From Cryomorphaceae bacterium (GTDB lineage Bacteria; Bacteroidota; Bacteroidia; Flavobacteriales; Flavobacteriaceae), in the NCBI GenBank assembly GCA_042091575.1, contig JBELHE010000001.1, forward strand, positions 1 through 41,002: a stretch of 41,002 bases of DNA, in the 5' to 3' direction. Below, piece after piece: positions 39,400 through 41,002 of this stretch. Positions within the stretch are counted from its first letter, which is position 1, and every line of letters begins with the position of its first letter. The notes below the pieces were generated by a model. It saw only the letters and a list, made by a program, of their open reading frames with translations. It was not told the origin of the DNA and did not search any database. Both the position numbers and the translations under genes were made by a program.

Positions 39400-41002
39400 T
39401 TATCCTAACCAAGTAACTCTATTAAATAATGTCTGTGCTACAGCATTTGAAGTAGCAGCAGCAGTTGCAGACTCTTTCTGTCTAACATCAGTTATTGGCT
39501 CTTGAGCACCTGTTGTAAGTGATCCATTAGCCCATGCTGTGTTAGTTGTTTTAGTAGTAGACATTGCAATTGCAGCCATCGAAGCAGCAGCTGAAACAGC
39601 AGTTGTAACTGTAGGAACAGCAACTTGAGCGTCATTAGCTGTTAAAGTAAGTATAGTTGAAACACCATCATCAACAGTAGTGTTGTTAGATGTAATATTA
39701 CTTGCTCCAATAGTCCAGTCAATGTTTGCACCTGAAGTAGCTGTTACAGTACCAGCAGTTACTGAAACTGATATAGTTTGTCCATAACCTCCACTATCTT
39801 CTTGGTTCATTGTCCATGCAAGCGCTTGAGCAACAGCAACAGCACCAATAGTTGGAGATGTCATTGTAGCAATCGCAGCAGCTGAAGCAGTACCAGATGA
39901 GTGATACTTAGCAGCCCACGCTGTATATATAGCAGAACCTAAAAGAGTTGCTGAAACAGCAGTAGCAGTTACTGAGTTTGAACCAATAGTTATGGTAACA
40001 TAATCATCTGTACCTAAACCGAAGTTAGTACTTGTAGAACCAGCTGCAGCAGCAGTAGCAGTTATATATCTTTCACCAATTACAGCACCAGCTGCACCAT
40101 TACCATGCTCTCTAAGAGTTATAGCAGCAGAAGAGTTAGCTCCTCTTTTTGCATCCATAGTAACACCCGCAGATGTTGCTCTTGATAAGTTAATTGTAGA
40201 CTTAATAGCTTCAATATCAGTATCTTGGTTTCCACTTAATGCAAGTGCAGTACCATTTCCTGTTAATGTAGTATCAAATAAATTAACACCATTTGTTGTA
40301 ACCTGTAATGTACCAGCAGTACCAGCCTCAGTTGAAGCTTGCGTTGCAGGAGTAATGATCATACCATAGATTTGAGCAATAGCAGAATTAGCACCGGCAG
40401 CAGTATTAGCTGTAGCTTCAATCATTTCAAGAACAGTTGAATCGTTTGCTGCTGTTGTACCAGCAGTATAACTTGTAGGTCCTAGGACGCTTAAAGTTGT
40501 TGATACTGTAGCAGTAGCAGAAGCATCCGTGTTATCAAAAGTTGAAACAGTATCAAATCCAGCATATCCATCAGCATCAGCTTCAGCAGCCATTGCAGTT
40601 AAATATATTTTCATTGTATCCATACCTGAAGTTCCATCATCCCATGAACCTGCATCAGCAGTTCCACCATCTGCACCAGTGGTAGCAGTAGCAGTTTCAC
40701 CATCATAAGTGTCACTACCTTTAGTAGCAGTTAAATCATTATCATACAGTGAAAACGAAGGCTCAGTAGTAGTACCAAAGTCTTTAAGACCAGTCATATC
40801 TAACTCAGTTAAAGCATCATTACCAGTAACTAAGAATGCATCAACGTGGTCACCTGTAGTGTGTAGTTTAGTTAAACCTAAGTTATCTGTAACTGCAAAG
40901 TCAACACCAGTTTCAACACTAGTAGAAGTACCAGCGGTTGTACCAGTAACTTTACCATCTAAGTTTGTAGTATGGTCAAAGTTCGCAACTGTTAAGTTAT
41001 CA
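39400..41002 (-). CDS. C-terminal part (534 codons or more) of a large Cys-free, acidic Thr/Ala/Gly/Ser-rich secreted/surface-type protein; N-terminus lies outside the window
   Basis: The ORF track starts it at Met (40797). I translated the same frame by hand from 40798 to 41002 and found no stop (...DNLTVANFDHTTNLDGKVTGTTAGTSTSVETGVDFAVTDNLGLTKLHTTGDHVDAFLVTGNDALTELD-MTGLK...). The composition stays the same across that stretch, so the gene continues past the right edge. I recognise no family. Confidence 0.75.
   Translation of the reverse strand, partial: DNLTVANFDHTTNLDGKVTGTTAGTSTSVETGVDFAVTDNLGLTKLHTTGDHVDAFLVTGNDALTELDMTGLKDFGTTTEPSFSLYDNDLTATKGSDTYDGETATATTGADGGTADAGSWDDGTSGMDTMKIYLTAMAAEADADGYAGFDTVSTFDNTDASATATVSTTLSVLGPTSYTAGTTAANDSTVLEMIEATANTAAGANSAIAQIYGMIITPATQASTEAGTAGTLQVTTNGVNLFDTTLTGNGTALALSGNQDTDIEAIKSTINLSRATSAGVTMDAKRGANSSAAITLREHGNGAAGAVIGERYITATAAAAGSTSTNFGLGTDDYVTITIGSNSVTATAVSATLLGSAIYTAWAAKYHSSGTASAAAIATMTSPTIGAVAVAQALAWTMNQEDSGGYGQTISVSVTAGTVTATSGANIDWTIGASNITSNNTTVDDGVSTILTLTANDAQVAVPTVTTAVSAAASMAAIAMSTTKTTNTAWANGSLTTGAQEPITDVRQKESATAAATSNAVAQTLFNRVTWLG

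Noticed and set aside
39400-40797. Treating Met at 40797 as the true N-terminus of the Thr/Ala-rich protein, as the ORF track does.
   Set aside because: Hand translation of the same frame from 40798 to 41002 shows no stop codon and the same composition. No signal peptide follows that Met either. The gene almost certainly begins beyond the right edge.
39400-41002. The higher GC content of this segment as evidence for horizontal transfer, and the Thr/Ala/Gly-rich Cys-free composition as evidence for a flagellin.
   Set aside because: The GC shift is explained by the Ala/Gly/Thr-heavy amino-acid composition (GCN/GGN/ACN codons, still with A/T-ending third positions). The C-terminus lacks the conserved flagellin helical end, and no flagellar genes are nearby.
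1-41002. A search by eye for CRISPR arrays, tRNA/rRNA genes, transposases, integrases, toxin-antitoxin pairs, restriction-modification or other defence-system genes, and long direct or inverted repeats flanking the glycan locus.
   Set aside because: None was found. The only DNA repeats noted are the 18-nt tandem units in the rplU 3' end. All large ORFs are accounted for by glycan-biosynthesis, envelope or ribosomal functions. Short or degenerate repeats could have been missed without computation.

Overview
This is visibly AT-rich, very gene-dense bacterial DNA. I saw no rRNA, tRNA, CRISPR array, transposase or integrase. The left edge carries rplU-rpmA on the minus strand. The L21 sequence type, the lack of Shine-Dalgarno-like motifs and TAnnTTTG-type -7 boxes point to a streamlined Bacteroidota/FCB-group genome; the taxon is inference only.

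Almost everything from 560 to 36444 is one surface-glycan (O-antigen/capsule-like) biosynthesis locus. It holds 31 consecutive minus-strand genes from 35373 down to 2600 with no intergenic gap above 56 nt, then gtrA (+) and two more minus-strand genes.

Recognisable modules:
- a wHTH regulator, a stand-alone PMI cupin and a small HxGH nucleotidyltransferase at the locus head
- two nucleotide-sugar 6-dehydrogenases and a fused ABC exporter
- two NeuB-type ulosonate synthases with three cytidylyltransferase-type domains, plus a NodU/CmcH carbamoyltransferase
- an acyl-decoration cassette of FkbH-like loader, ACP, AAC(3)-fold protein, methyltransferase and M28-like protein
- two candidate CMP-ulosonate transferases and several GT4/GT2 transferases
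- the fnlA-fnlB-fnlC-wbuB UDP-L-FucNAc module, an RmlB-like dehydratase and paralogous short SDRs
- a GtrA / GT2 / GT-C-like triad

Divergent from the locus head is a WecA/MraY-family initiating transferase. It is followed by a MORN-repeat lipoprotein, a TPR protein and a Wzy_C/O-antigen-ligase-family protein. Beyond a strong intrinsic terminator lies the 3' part of a large Cys-free Thr/Ala/Gly-rich surface-type protein that runs off the right edge.

The two most interesting observations are the ACP-dependent decoration cassette and the multi-module ulosonic-acid chemistry that lacks any aminotransferase. All family calls come from motif reading by eye; no searches were run.
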